Source: Pseudomonadota bacterium
GTDB lineage: Bacteria > Bdellovibrionota_B > Oligoflexia > Oligoflexales > CAIYRB01
Length of the DNA: 64,000 nucleotides
Direction of reading: 5' to 3'
Assembly (NCBI GenBank): GCA_031416315.1
Contig: JANOTL010000109.1
Span: 32,001 to 96,000, forward strand
Below, piece by piece: positions 9,433 to 19,102 of this stretch; position 1 is the first letter of the stretch; each line of letters begins with the position of its first letter. A program made the translations under genes and the position numbers. The notes below the pieces were generated by a model. That model saw only the letters and a program-made list of their open reading frames with translations. It did no database searches and was not told the origin of the DNA.

Positions 9433-10047
9433 ATGCGTTACGGAATCCTCGGTGCTTTGGTGACGGCGGCGCTCTCGGCCTGCGCGACGGTGGATCAGCA
9501 GGCTGCGAAGCCCACGGTCGCGACCGGAACCGTCGAGGCGGGCACCTCGGTGAGCCGCAAGGGCGAGAAATTGGCGCTGGCCAAGGGGCATCTCGCGTTG
9601 AACGAGCCGGTTCCCGGCGCCATCTTGCTCGATGCGCAGTTCAAGCCGGTCTCGTTCAAGCCGGACGGCAAAGTGAAGGTCGTGAGCATCGTGCCGTCGA
9701 TCGACACGCGGGTTTGCGAGCTGCAGACGCATGAGCTGGGCGAGAGCAAGGGGCTTGATCCGCGGATCGAGCGCATCACCTTGAGCCGTGACCTTCCGGT
9801 GGCGCAAAAGCGCTTCGCGATGGAGTCGAACCTCGAGAACATCACCTACCTGTCGGATTTCAAAGACGGCAGCTTCGGCAGGGCATCGGGGCTTTTGATC
9901 GAGGAGAACGGCCTCCTCGCTCGCGGCGTCATGGTCGTCGACGGCGAGGGGCGCGTGCGGTATCTGCAGATCGTGCCGGACATCACGACCCTGCCGGACA
10001 TGAAAAAGGCGTTTGCGGCGGCGAATGCGCTGTTGGCGAAGCCCTAG
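9433..10047 (+). CDS. tpx: Thiol peroxidase (Tpx-type peroxiredoxin), lipoprotein
   Basis: SIVPSIDTRVC (Tpx PSIDTxVC), SRDLPVAQKRF, GLLARGV; lipobox LSAC. Confidence 0.8.
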   Translation: MRYGILGALVTAALSACATVDQQAAKPTVATGTVEAGTSVSRKGEKLALAKGHLALNEPVPGAILLDAQFKPVSFKPDGKVKVVSIVPSIDTRVCELQTHELGESKGLDPRIERITLSRDLPVAQKRFAMESNLENITYLSDFKDGSFGRASGLLIEENGLLARGVMVVDGEGRVRYLQIVPDITTLPDMKKAFAAANALLAKP

Positions 10048-10101
10048 ACGGATCGGGCTCTGCTTCGGGCCTTTGCTGCTGCTGACGTAGCGAGGGCTCG
10101 C

Positions 10102-10497
10102 TCAGCGCGCATTGATCTCGTGCGCCTGTTGGTTCAGCGTCCAGAAGTCGTAGATGACGCCGACGAGCAGGAGACCGCCGGTGAGGAGGTAGAGCACGCC
10201 GCTCAGGACTTTTCCCATGTAAAAGCGGTGGATCCCGAAGATGCCGAGGAAGGTGAGGAGGAGATAGGCGACGTTGTAGTCGACCGGGCCGGGCGTGAAG
10301 CGCAGGTCCGCCTTGCGGTCCATGCCGGGAATCAGGAAGGCGTCGACGAGCCAGCCGACACCGCAGAGGCCGAGCGTGAAGAACCAGATCGTTCCCGAGA
10401 CCGGGCGGCCGTAATAAAAGCGGTGCGCGCCCGTGAATCCGAAGATCCACAGCAGGTAGCCGACGTAAACCGAGTGGGTGCCGGAGCGGACGCTCAT
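10102..10497 (-). CDS. TM2 domain-containing membrane protein (two TM2 repeats)
   Basis: GYLLWIFGFTGAHRFYYG and AYLLLTFLGIFGIHRFYMG repeats. Confidence 0.88.
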   Translation of the reverse strand: MSVRSGTHSVYVGYLLWIFGFTGAHRFYYGRPVSGTIWFFTLGLCGVGWLVDAFLIPGMDRKADLRFTPGPVDYNVAYLLLTFLGIFGIHRFYMGKVLSGVLYLLTGGLLLVGVIYDFWTLNQQAHEINAR

Positions 10498-10633
10498 TGC
10501 GGGGACTCCTATCTGCCCGATCTTAATCCGGATTGCGCGGCAATTGCGCGGGCTTTCTTCGGCTTTCCGTCTCGGATTTAAGGTCTTGGTGATTTTCGGC
10601 CGACCAAGGGCACAAGGCTTTTGGAGGTCTTCG

Positions 10634-12265
10634 ATGCGCGTTTCACGGGTGTTAATCGGCGTTTGTCTCGCGCTCGGCGGCTTCTCGGGCTGCGGTCCCC
10701 AGACCGACTACAAGGAAAAGTCGGCCACGGTGAAGGCGACGAGCAAGATCACCGCGACGGGCGGCAAGCTCCTATCCAACAACGGATCCGAGGTGGTCGT
10801 GCCCGCGGGGGCGCTCGCGGTCGGCGCCGAGCTGAGCTTCGGCGAGACGACGCCGCCGGCCGAATTCGCCAAGATTACGGCCGCGGCGGCCTCGCTGCCG
10901 GTCGAAGTCGGCGCGATCGGCGCGGACGGCCAACCGGTGCTCCAGGCGCAGCAGGCGCTGACGGTCAGCATCTCCCTCGACGGCACGTCCTTGGCGCTAC
11001 TCGCCGACAAGACCGAAGCCAATCTTTGCGTCGTGATGCGCGCGCGCAACGCGTCGCTTTTCGTCTGGCGCAAAGCGGAGCTCGCGCACGACGCGGCGCA
11101 GCGCAAGGTCTCCGTCTCGACGCTATACCTCGGCATCTTCCAGGTCTTTTACTGCGGCCAGGACGCGATGCCCGGCTTCGTGGACTCGAAGGAGCAGAGC
11201 GCGGCGGCACAGGTTTCCGGCGGCACCTCGGCTTCGGTTGAAATGACGGTTCCTGGCGCTTGGGCGCCGACGCGAAACGTCGCCAAGCACTGTCTCTCGA
11301 TCGTAGACAACGTCGCGACCGCGGACGGCGACGAACTGAGCGTGCTCGGCATCGCCGAAGCCGAGGCGACGGGCGCCGCAGCCGTGCTGCTCGCCAAAGG
11401 CTTGAAACCGCGTCCAGGCGCCAAAGAAGTCTTCGCCTTGCTCCATCTGCAAGCGGCCGGCGTTCCCTGTGCGCTCGGGCTCGGCGCCAAGCTCGGCGAG
11501 TTCGAGGAATTCGTCGGCGCCGTCGGCACCTTCGCCTGGCAGCTCGACATGGGCGTCCTTGCCGCGGGCGGAACGATCTCCGGCACGATCGGCAGCGCCG
11601 GTCCCTTCCCGACCGCGACGATCGACATCGGCGTGGGCGCGCCGGGATTCGAGGGCGAGGCCGCGTTGCAGAACGTCACCGAGCCGATTGTCTGCGTCGA
11701 CCTCGACGTCGAAGGCGGCGCCAAAACGATGCTGCCCGTGAACCTCTCTTTCGCCAGCGGCGTCGGCCGCGTCGGCCCCGAGGCGCTCTACCGTCCGACC
11801 GTGGCAGTTCCGGCGAGCGGCCTCGTCCTCGCGCACACGCTGACCTTGCGCGTCGGCGCCAACTGCCAGCGCTTCGAGATCGGCGCTCAGAACGCGACCA
11901 CCGGCAAGCCTTACGAGACGCGCTTCCGCGGCGCCGCGTTGCTGCCGTCGTATCACTTCGCGCCGGTCGCGATGCGGATCGTCAGCTCGAACCCGCTCGT
12001 CGCCTCCATGAACGGCTGCATCAATGTCTCGCCGTCCGGCGCGACCGACGATCAATCTTGGGGCGAGATCTCGGTCGCGCTCGCCGGCGGCGCGTACCCC
12101 ATCCTGCTGCCTTTTTCGCCGGCGAATACGAGCTACGATCTCCGGGTCGACGTCCTAGCGCAGGGTAAGACCTGTCGCGACGGCAGCGCCGGCAAGTCCG
12201 CGTTTCCGAGCGTGCCGGTCGCGAACCGGCCGCTCACCGCGGAAATCCTCGTCGAGCTCAAGTAA
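10634..12265 (+). CDS. Hypothetical lipoprotein (N-terminal ZU5-like beta region)
   Basis: RBS GGAGGT before ATG 10634; lipobox FSGC; ITATGGKL...VVVPAGAL pattern. Confidence 0.65.
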   Translation: MRVSRVLIGVCLALGGFSGCGPQTDYKEKSATVKATSKITATGGKLLSNNGSEVVVPAGALAVGAELSFGETTPPAEFAKITAAAASLPVEVGAIGADGQPVLQAQQALTVSISLDGTSLALLADKTEANLCVVMRARNASLFVWRKAELAHDAAQRKVSVSTLYLGIFQVFYCGQDAMPGFVDSKEQSAAAQVSGGTSASVEMTVPGAWAPTRNVAKHCLSIVDNVATADGDELSVLGIAEAEATGAAAVLLAKGLKPRPGAKEVFALLHLQAAGVPCALGLGAKLGEFEEFVGAVGTFAWQLDMGVLAAGGTISGTIGSAGPFPTATIDIGVGAPGFEGEAALQNVTEPIVCVDLDVEGGAKTMLPVNLSFASGVGRVGPEALYRPTVAVPASGLVLAHTLTLRVGANCQRFEIGAQNATTGKPYETRFRGAALLPSYHFAPVAMRIVSSNPLVASMNGCINVSPSGATDDQSWGEISVALAGGAYPILLPFSPANTSYDLRVDVLAQGKTCRDGSAGKSAFPSVPVANRPLTAEILVELK

Positions 12266-13241
12266 GCTTTTTTTCCCACTCGTAAGCGTGCTTCGCGATC
12301 ACCTCGAGGTCTGCGAAGCGCGGCTTCCAGCCCAGGACTCGGCCGATTTTCGAGCAGTCGGCGAGGATCGAGGCGACGTCGCCCGGCCTTCGCGGGCCGC
12401 TCGTGACTTGGAGCTTCCGCCCCGTGGCGCGCTCGATCGCAGCGAGCACTTCCTTCACGCTCGCGCCTTTGCCGTAGCCGCAGTTGAAGGCGTCGCTTTC
12501 GCCACCCGCGCGAAGATACGCGAGGGCCGCGAGGTGGGCGTCGGCCAAATCCTCGACGTGCACGTAGTCTCTGATGCAGGTGCCGTCGCGCGTCGCATAG
12601 TCCTCGCCGTAGACGGTGACGCCCGCGCGTTTCCCGGCGGCCGCCTCGGCGGCGATCTTGTAGAGGTGGACCGCCACCTTCGAGCGCTGCCCGAGGCTCA
12701 AGCCCGGCTCGGCGCCGGCGACGTTGAAATAGCGCAGGACCACGTACTTCAGGCCCGTCTGCGCGGCGAAATCCATGAGGATGCGCTCGCTCATCACCTT
12801 CGACCAGCCGTAGGGGCTCGCGGGATTGGGGCGGTCGCTCTCGAGGACCGCGCGATCGCCGCAGTCACCGTACGTGGCGCAGGTCGAGGAGAAGACGAGG
12901 CGCCCGACCTTGGCGGCTTTCACCGCCTCCATCACCGAGAGCATCCCCGTGGTGTTGACGCGGTAGTATTTCCCGGGATCGCGAACCGACTCGGGGACGC
13001 TGAGCACGCCGGCGAAATGAGCGACCGCCGAGATCGCGTGCTTTTTCATGATCTCGGTGAGCGCACCGGTGTCGTTGACGTCCAGCTGATAGAAGGGCGC
13101 CTCGGAGACGAGGTTCTCGCGGAAGCCGGTGGTGAGGTCGTCGACGACCACGACACGGCCGCCGCGCGCGGTCAGAAGACGTGCGAAGTGGGAGCCGATG
13201 TAGCCGGCTCCGCCCGTCACCAATACTGCTTGCTCCGTCAA
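12258..13241 (-). CDS. galE: UDP-glucose 4-epimerase
   Basis: VLVTGGAGYIGSH, FSSTCATYG, PYGWSK, LRYFNVAGA, DGTCIRDYVHVEDLA. Confidence 0.95.
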   Translation of the reverse strand: MTEQAVLVTGGAGYIGSHFARLLTARGGRVVVVDDLTTGFRENLVSEAPFYQLDVNDTGALTEIMKKHAISAVAHFAGVLSVPESVRDPGKYYRVNTTGMLSVMEAVKAAKVGRLVFSSTCATYGDCGDRAVLESDRPNPASPYGWSKVMSERILMDFAAQTGLKYVVLRYFNVAGAEPGLSLGQRSKVAVHLYKIAAEAAAGKRAGVTVYGEDYATRDGTCIRDYVHVEDLADAHLAALAYLRAGGESDAFNCGYGKGASVKEVLAAIERATGRKLQVTSGPRRPGDVASILADCSKIGRVLGWKPRFADLEVIAKHAYEWEKKLT

Positions 13242-13279
13242 GGTCGCCTCGTGTTAGCTTGATCTCGGAGGATACCATA

Positions 13280-15550
13280 GTGCCACGCGATCAAAGAGGG
13301 ACGGGGCCGGAGGCGCCGGCGTTCGGACGCTCGGTGCCGCGCCGCGAAGGCCGCGCCAAGCTCGAAGGCCGCGGCGAGTACGTCGACGATCTCGTGCTTC
13401 CCGACATGTGGTTCGGCGCGACGATCCGCAGCCGGGTCGCGCGCGGGAAGATCGAGGAGATCGTCTTCGCGAAGGACGTGCCCTGGGACGAATACGTGAT
13501 CGTCACCGCGCGCGACATTCCGGGGAAGAACTCCGTGCTGCTCCTCTTGGAGGACCAGCCGTACCTGGCCGACGGCGTCGTCAATCATCCCGAAGAGGCC
13601 GTCCTCCTCGTCGCCCATCCGGACCGCCATGCCCTCGAGCGCGCGCGTCGCGGCATCGAAATCCGGACCTCCCCTTTGCCGCCGCTCTTCGACCTCGAGG
13701 ACTCGCTCGCCAAGAAGCTCGTCATCTGGGGCGAGGACAACGTCTTCAAGGCGATCGACATCGTCAAGGGCGACGTCGATTCGGCCTTCCGCGACCCGAG
13801 CCTCGTGGTCGTCGAAGGCGTCTATCACACCGGCGCGCAGGAGCAGCTTTACATCGAGCCTAATGGCGTGATCGCCGCTTACGACGCGAAAGAAGGCGTC
13901 ACGGTTTGGGGCTCGCTGCAGTGTCCATATTACGTTCACAAGGCGCTGAAGCCGCTCTTCGGCTTGAGCCCCGATAAGATCCGGGTCATCCAGATGGAGA
14001 CCGGCGGCGGTTTCGGCGGCAAGGAAGAGTATCCGTCGATGATCGCCGGTCACGCCGCGCTCCTCGCCTACAAAGCGAACAAGCCGGTGAAGCTCATCTA
14101 CGACCGAGCCGAGGACATGGTGGCCACGACCAAGCGCCACCCTTCGCGCACGCGCCATCGCACCGCCGTCACGAAGGCCGGGAAGCTGGTCGCGATGGAC
14201 ATCGACTTCGCGCTCGACGGCGGCGCCTACGCCACGCTCTCCGCCGTCGTGCTTTCGCGCGGCGCGATCCACGCAGGCGGCGCCTACGAATGCCCGAACG
14301 TGCGCATCAAGGCGCGCGCCGTCGCGACCAACCATCCTCCGCACGGCGCATTCCGGGGCTTCGGCGCGCCGCAGTCGATCTTCGCGGTCGAGCGGCAGCT
14401 CGACCTGGTGGCGAAGACGCTCGGCATGAGCCCGGAGGCGCTGCGTCGCGCCAACTTCCTCCAGCGCGGCGGCCATACGGCGACGATTCAGGAAGTGAAG
14501 GAAGATCCCGAGCTCGACCGCCTGATGCAGCGTGCCTTCGAGCTGAGCGGCTACGCGCAAAAGCGCCCAGCGCTGACGGCACAAAACGCCGCGGCGAAAA
14601 CCGGGCGCATCCGCAAGGGCATAGGCTTCGCCTCGTTCATGCACGGCGCCGGATTCACGGGCTCCGGAGAGAAGCTCCTCGGCTCCGAGGCGGCGGTCGA
14701 GGCCACGCCGGATGGCCGCGTGCGGGTGCTCGCGGCGAGCACCGAGATCGGTCAGGGGACCAACACGGTCTTCGCCCAAATCGTCGCCGACGCCCTCGGT
14801 CTGCCTTACGACGCCGTCGAAGTCGCGCAGCCCGACACGAAATTCGTGCCCGACAGCGGCCCGACCGTCGCCTCGCGCACGGTGATGGTCGTCGGCAAGC
14901 TCGTCGAGAACGCGGCGAAAGGGCTGAAAGGCACTCTGCGCGAGGCCGGCCTTCTCGAAGACGTCTACGACCACGCGGCGTTTCGCACCGCCTGCGGCGC
15001 CTACCTCGCCAAGCACGCCGCCTTGAAATCGGTCGCGAAGTACCAACAGCCGACCGGGATCGTCTGGGACGACAAAAAGTATCTGGGCGACGCCTACGCT
15101 ACGTTCGCCTGGGCGGTTTACGTCGCGGAGGTGTCGATCGATCTGGATACGTATGCGACCACCGTCGACGACTTCTGGGCGATCCAGGAGGCCGGGCGGA
15201 TCGTGCACCCGATCCTGGCCGCGGGCCAGATCGAAGGCGGCGTGGCGCAAGGCGTCGGCTTCGCGCTCTACGAGGGCGTCGTTTGGAAAGAGGGCCGCAT
15301 GGCCAACGCCAGCATGACGAACTACATCGTGCCGACCGCGGTCGACGCGCCGCGCATCCACGTCGAGTTCGTTGAGAAGGACGCGCCTTACGGCCCCGGT
15401 CGCGGCGCCAAGGGCATCGGGGAGTTGCCGATGGACGGCGCCGCCCCGGCGATCGCTGCGGCGATGGAGCACGCGCTCGGCATCGCTGTGACCCGCGTGC
15501 CCTGCCTTCCGGAAGATCTGTTCGCGCTGCTGGAAGGGGGAAGGTCATGA
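13280..15550 (+). CDS. Xanthine dehydrogenase-family molybdopterin-binding (large) subunit
   Basis: GTG 13280 after GGAGGA; QEQLYIEP, GGGFGGKE, TKRHP, AFRGFGAPQ, EIGQG, GQIEGG, KGIGELP. Confidence 0.92.
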   Translation: MPRDQRGTGPEAPAFGRSVPRREGRAKLEGRGEYVDDLVLPDMWFGATIRSRVARGKIEEIVFAKDVPWDEYVIVTARDIPGKNSVLLLLEDQPYLADGVVNHPEEAVLLVAHPDRHALERARRGIEIRTSPLPPLFDLEDSLAKKLVIWGEDNVFKAIDIVKGDVDSAFRDPSLVVVEGVYHTGAQEQLYIEPNGVIAAYDAKEGVTVWGSLQCPYYVHKALKPLFGLSPDKIRVIQMETGGGFGGKEEYPSMIAGHAALLAYKANKPVKLIYDRAEDMVATTKRHPSRTRHRTAVTKAGKLVAMDIDFALDGGAYATLSAVVLSRGAIHAGGAYECPNVRIKARAVATNHPPHGAFRGFGAPQSIFAVERQLDLVAKTLGMSPEALRRANFLQRGGHTATIQEVKEDPELDRLMQRAFELSGYAQKRPALTAQNAAAKTGRIRKGIGFASFMHGAGFTGSGEKLLGSEAAVEATPDGRVRVLAASTEIGQGTNTVFAQIVADALGLPYDAVEVAQPDTKFVPDSGPTVASRTVMVVGKLVENAAKGLKGTLREAGLLEDVYDHAAFRTACGAYLAKHAALKSVAKYQQPTGIVWDDKKYLGDAYATFAWAVYVAEVSIDLDTYATTVDDFWAIQEAGRIVHPILAAGQIEGGVAQGVGFALYEGVVWKEGRMANASMTNYIVPTAVDAPRIHVEFVEKDAPYGPGRGAKGIGELPMDGAAPAIAAAMEHALGIAVTRVPCLPEDLFALLEGGRS

Positions 15551-16029
15551 GCTCGATCGACCTCGTCGTCAACGGGGAGAAGCGCCGCGTCGAGGCACGG
15601 CCGATGGAGCGCCTTCTCGATGTCCTGCGCGAGGAGCTGCGCCTCACCGGCACGAAGGAAGGCTGTGGCGAAGGAGAATGCGGCGCTTGCAGCGTCCTGC
15701 TCGACGGCCGCCTCGTGAACAGCTGCTTGATCCCGGTCTTGCAAGCCGAGGGCGCCGACGTGCGCACGATCGAGGGCGTCGAGAAGACGCCGACCGGCAA
15801 AGCCTTGCAAGACGCGTTTCTGGCCTGCGGCGGCGCGCAATGCGGGATCTGCACGCCGGGCATGGTTCTGGCGGCCGTCTACCTCCTGGACAAGAACCCG
15901 CGGCCGACAGGCGAAGAGATTCGCGACGGCCTTGCGGGCAACATCTGCCGTTGCACCGGCTACACCAAGATCTTCGACTCCGTCGCAGCCGCGGCGAAGG
16001 CGCTCCACGACGAAGGAAGCACCCGGTGA
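15547..16029 (+). CDS. Xanthine dehydrogenase-family (2Fe-2S) small subunit
   Basis: GTKEGCGEGECGACSV...NSC, QCGICTPG, GNICRCTGY; ATGA overlap with the upstream gene. Confidence 0.95.
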   Translation: MSSIDLVVNGEKRRVEARPMERLLDVLREELRLTGTKEGCGEGECGACSVLLDGRLVNSCLIPVLQAEGADVRTIEGVEKTPTGKALQDAFLACGGAQCGICTPGMVLAAVYLLDKNPRPTGEEIRDGLAGNICRCTGYTKIFDSVAAAAKALHDEGSTR

Positions 16030-16895
16030 GGGGCGCTCCGGGAGACGTCGAGCTTCGACAGCCGCAGGGCCTCGCGGCCGTGCTGGCGCTGCTCGCCGCG
16101 GAGCCGGGCGTGTGGACGCCGCTCGCCGGCGGCACCGACGTCATGGTGCAGTACGAGGCGGGCCAGCTCGCCGCGAAGAAGCTCCTGAGCCTGGCGCGGG
16201 TGCCAGAGCTCTTGGGCGTGCGCACGACCGCAACCGGGATCGAGATCGGCGCGCTCGCGACCTACATGGAGATTCAAGAGCACGACGTCGTGCGGCAGGA
16301 ATTCCCGAGCCTTGCCGCCGCCGGCGCCGAGACGGGCGGCGTCGCCATCCAGAATCGCGGCACGCTCGGCGGCAACATCGCCAATGCCTCGCCGGCCGCC
16401 GATTCGCCGCCCGCGCTCCTGACCTACGACGCTGAGATCGAGCTCGTGTCGACCCACGGCACGCGCCGGGTTCCCTACGCCACGTTTCATCTCGGCTACA
16501 AGAAGACCGCGATGCGTCCCGACGAGCTGATCCGCGCCGTCCATTTGCCGCGTCGTGCGAAGGCGGCGCCGACTCTCGTGCATCATTACCGCAAGGTCGG
16601 CACGCGCAAAGCGCAGGCGATCTCGAAAGTCGTCTTCGCCGCGACCGCGTGGCGCGAAGGCGCGATCCTGCGCGACGTGCGTCTCGCCTTCGGCAGCGTC
16701 GCCGCAACGACGGTGCGCGCGCGGGCGGCGGAGGCCGCGCTCGAAGGTCGTGCGCTCGACGTGAAGACGGTCAGTGCCGCAATCGCGGCTCTGGGCCAAG
16801 ACGTCCAGCCGATCGACGACATCCGCTCCACCGGCCCCTTTCGCCGCCAGGTCGCCGCGCATCTTTTGCGCGGCTTCCTCGACCGCCTCGCATGA
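16026..16895 (+). CDS. Xanthine dehydrogenase-family FAD-binding subunit
   Basis: GTGA overlap; LAGGTD, IQNRGTLGGNIANASPAAD, PIDDIRST. Confidence 0.92.
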   Translation: MRGAPGDVELRQPQGLAAVLALLAAEPGVWTPLAGGTDVMVQYEAGQLAAKKLLSLARVPELLGVRTTATGIEIGALATYMEIQEHDVVRQEFPSLAAAGAETGGVAIQNRGTLGGNIANASPAADSPPALLTYDAEIELVSTHGTRRVPYATFHLGYKKTAMRPDELIRAVHLPRRAKAAPTLVHHYRKVGTRKAQAISKVVFAATAWREGAILRDVRLAFGSVAATTVRARAAEAALEGRALDVKTVSAAIAALGQDVQPIDDIRSTGPFRRQVAAHLLRGFLDRLA

Positions 16896-17677
16896 GCGCC
16901 GAATGGGACTGGCTCGAGAAGGCGGCCGAGCTCAAGCGCTTGCGCGAGGTCTTCGTCGTCGTCACCTTGATCGCGGTCAAGGGCTCGACGCCGCGCGCCC
17001 CGGGCGCGAAGCTCCTGGTGCTCCCCGACGGCCGATTCTTCGGTACGATCGGCGGCGGCCAGCTCGAGCATCTTTTGATCGAGGATGCGAAAAAAGCCTT
17101 GCACGACGCGAAGGCCGGGCCCTCGAGCTATCCCTTGTGCTTCCGGACCGGCCAATGTTGCGGCGGCGCCGTCGACGCGTTCTTCGAGATCGTCGGCTTG
17201 GGCCCCGAGCTCTACGTATTCGGCGGCGGCCACGTCGGCCAGGCGCTGAAAGAGACCCTGGTCGGAACGCCCTTCGCGGTCGAGCTCGTCGATTCGCGCG
17301 CGGAATGGGTCGCGCGGCCGCTGGATCCTCTCCAGTTTCTGGAGACGGCGCGCTGGGATCGTGAGCGAACCTACGCGCTCGTCATGACGCACGACCACGC
17401 TCTTGACCTGGCGCTCGTTGCCGCGCTCGTGACGAAGCCAGCACGCTTCATCGGGCTGATCGGTAGCGCGACGAAGTGGGACCGTTTCCAGCAGCGCCTG
17501 AAGGCGATGGGCGTCGGACCGGACGCGATTCAGCGCGTCCATTGTCCGATCGGCGTCGGCGACCTCGGCAAGGCGCCGCGCGAGGTCGCGATCAGCGCGG
17601 CGGCGCAGCTTCTCGCGGTCCATCACGAGACGGCGATTGGCGGCTTCGAGCGCCCGGGTTTGGTGCCGACGCGGTGA
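16892..17677 (+). CDS. xdhC: XdhC/CoxI-family molybdenum cofactor insertion accessory protein
   Basis: GSTPRAPGAK, GTIGGGQLE, GQCCGG, FGGGHVG, MTHDHALD, GLIGSATK, CPIG. Confidence 0.9.
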   Translation: MSAEWDWLEKAAELKRLREVFVVVTLIAVKGSTPRAPGAKLLVLPDGRFFGTIGGGQLEHLLIEDAKKALHDAKAGPSSYPLCFRTGQCCGGAVDAFFEIVGLGPELYVFGGGHVGQALKETLVGTPFAVELVDSRAEWVARPLDPLQFLETARWDRERTYALVMTHDHALDLALVAALVTKPARFIGLIGSATKWDRFQQRLKAMGVGPDAIQRVHCPIGVGDLGKAPREVAISAAAQLLAVHHETAIGGFERPGLVPTR

Positions 17678-17807
17678 AACGACGCAGAGGCGGTCGCGTC
17701 ACTAAGTTGTGCCAAGGTCTCATTTTGTGACCGTGCCCGACGCGCGTCGCGGCAAGGCGCAGCCGTCTTGTTGAGGACTTGCGCGTGCGCCGCGCCTTGC
17801 CAACAGC

Positions 17808-17823
17808 TGGCATCGTCCTTGCT
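17808..17823 (+). promoter_or_regulatory. Putative sigma54 (-24/-12) promoter
   Basis: TGGCATCGTCCTTGCT: GG-N10-GC, close match to TGGCAC-N5-TTGCW. Confidence 0.65.
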
Positions 17824-17950
17824 CATGGAGCCTTATCCCGCCCTTGGATGGCGGCTTTTCGGCTTCGGACGCCCGGCTTTTCGCGATACCCGGCCGATCC
17901 GTTGAAGGGCGCCTCGTGCGCCCTTTGCCGTTCTGGGGCAAACTGCGCCG

Positions 17951-18580
17951 ATGCACACGCCCGCTCCGACCCCCTCGCTAGTCTTGCTCGCCGCTGGTCG
18001 CTCTTCCCGAATGGGCAGGCCGAAAGCCTGGCTCGAGGTCGAGCCGGGCTTGCCGCTCGTGGCCTGGCAGATGCGCCAGTTTCGCGCGACTGGCGGCGGC
18101 TCGGTCGTCGTCGTCCTCGGGAGCGAGCCGGACCCGGCGCAGCGAGCGTCCCTCGGCGACGCGACGGTCGTCGTCAACGAGCACAGCGAGCAGGGGCCGT
18201 TCGCATCGCTTCAGCTTGGTCTCCGCGCGACCGAGGGCGGTGCGGCGTTCGTCCTTCCCGTCGACGTGCCGGTGCTCGATCCGAGCCTCTTCGTGGCGCT
18301 GGCGCACGCCCTGCAGCCGGGTTTGGCCGCGGTCGTCCCCCGCCACGGCGGCCGCGGGGGCCATCCCGTGCTCGTCACCGCAGCCTTCGCCGCCGAGCTT
18401 TTGGCGCTTTCGGTCGAGGCGCCGGAAGCCCGCCTCGACCATGCCCTGCGGCGCCTGCCGCCGGCAGCGCTCGGGAGCCTTGCCGTCGCGAGCCCGTCGA
18501 CCCTCGTAAACCTCAATGATTCTAAGGCCTGGGAGACCTTCATGAATTCGCGGGACGGCGGCGTCGGGTCTGTACTATAG
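17951..18580 (+). CDS. mocA: MocA-like molybdenum cofactor nucleotidyltransferase (NTP_transf_3)
   Basis: VLLAAGRSSRMGRPKA, GPFASLQLG, LPVDVP, GGHPVL; adjacent to the XDH operon. Confidence 0.75.
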   Translation: MHTPAPTPSLVLLAAGRSSRMGRPKAWLEVEPGLPLVAWQMRQFRATGGGSVVVVLGSEPDPAQRASLGDATVVVNEHSEQGPFASLQLGLRATEGGAAFVLPVDVPVLDPSLFVALAHALQPGLAAVVPRHGGRGGHPVLVTAAFAAELLALSVEAPEARLDHALRRLPPAALGSLAVASPSTLVNLNDSKAWETFMNSRDGGVGSVL

Positions 18581-18612
18581 GTTCCCGAACTTTTTCTTCG
18601 GGGATATCTCGT

Positions 18613-19041
18613 ATGGCGCCCATCGGCATCGCCTTAGCTTTCGTCTTCGCCGCCGGCGTCGTGTCGGCCAACGATCGCTTCGAGCCGCTCGGTCTCGTCT
18701 GCAAGCTGCCTGAGGGCGGCGAGATCATCCTCGCGCCGATCGCGGCGCAGCCGACCCATCGTCCGCCGACGCCGGCCGGCTACGGGCAAACCCTATACGG
18801 CTTGAGCATCGCCTCGAAATTGCTGGCGAACGACCTCTTTTGTCGCTTGCCGCGCGACGCGCGCGAGCCCGCGACCACGAACTACTGCGCGCGCTTCGAC
18901 TCGCGCGGCAAGATCTTGGGCGCCGTCGCCACGTTTCCTCACGACAAGCTCCTCGACCTCGTGACGGATCTCGACGGCATCAGCTCTTACGTCGTGCCCC
19001 TTCGCAACTGCGCGGCGAAGCGGATTCACCTTCCGCGGTAG
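18613..19041 (+). CDS. Hypothetical exported protein
   Basis: Signal-peptide-like N-terminus; fills the gap between co-oriented genes. Confidence 0.55.
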   Translation: MAPIGIALAFVFAAGVVSANDRFEPLGLVCKLPEGGEIILAPIAAQPTHRPPTPAGYGQTLYGLSIASKLLANDLFCRLPRDAREPATTNYCARFDSRGKILGAVATFPHDKLLDLVTDLDGISSYVVPLRNCAAKRIHLPR

Positions 19042-19102
19042 TCGCAAATCAGTATAGTGGCGGCACCCCTCCCAAGCCACGAGAACACATAAAGGTGCCG
19101 CC

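Noticed and set aside
17623..17826. 67-aa minus-strand ORF in the xdhC-mocA gap
   Set aside because: No convincing RBS or motif; it overlaps xdhC and the sigma54 site.
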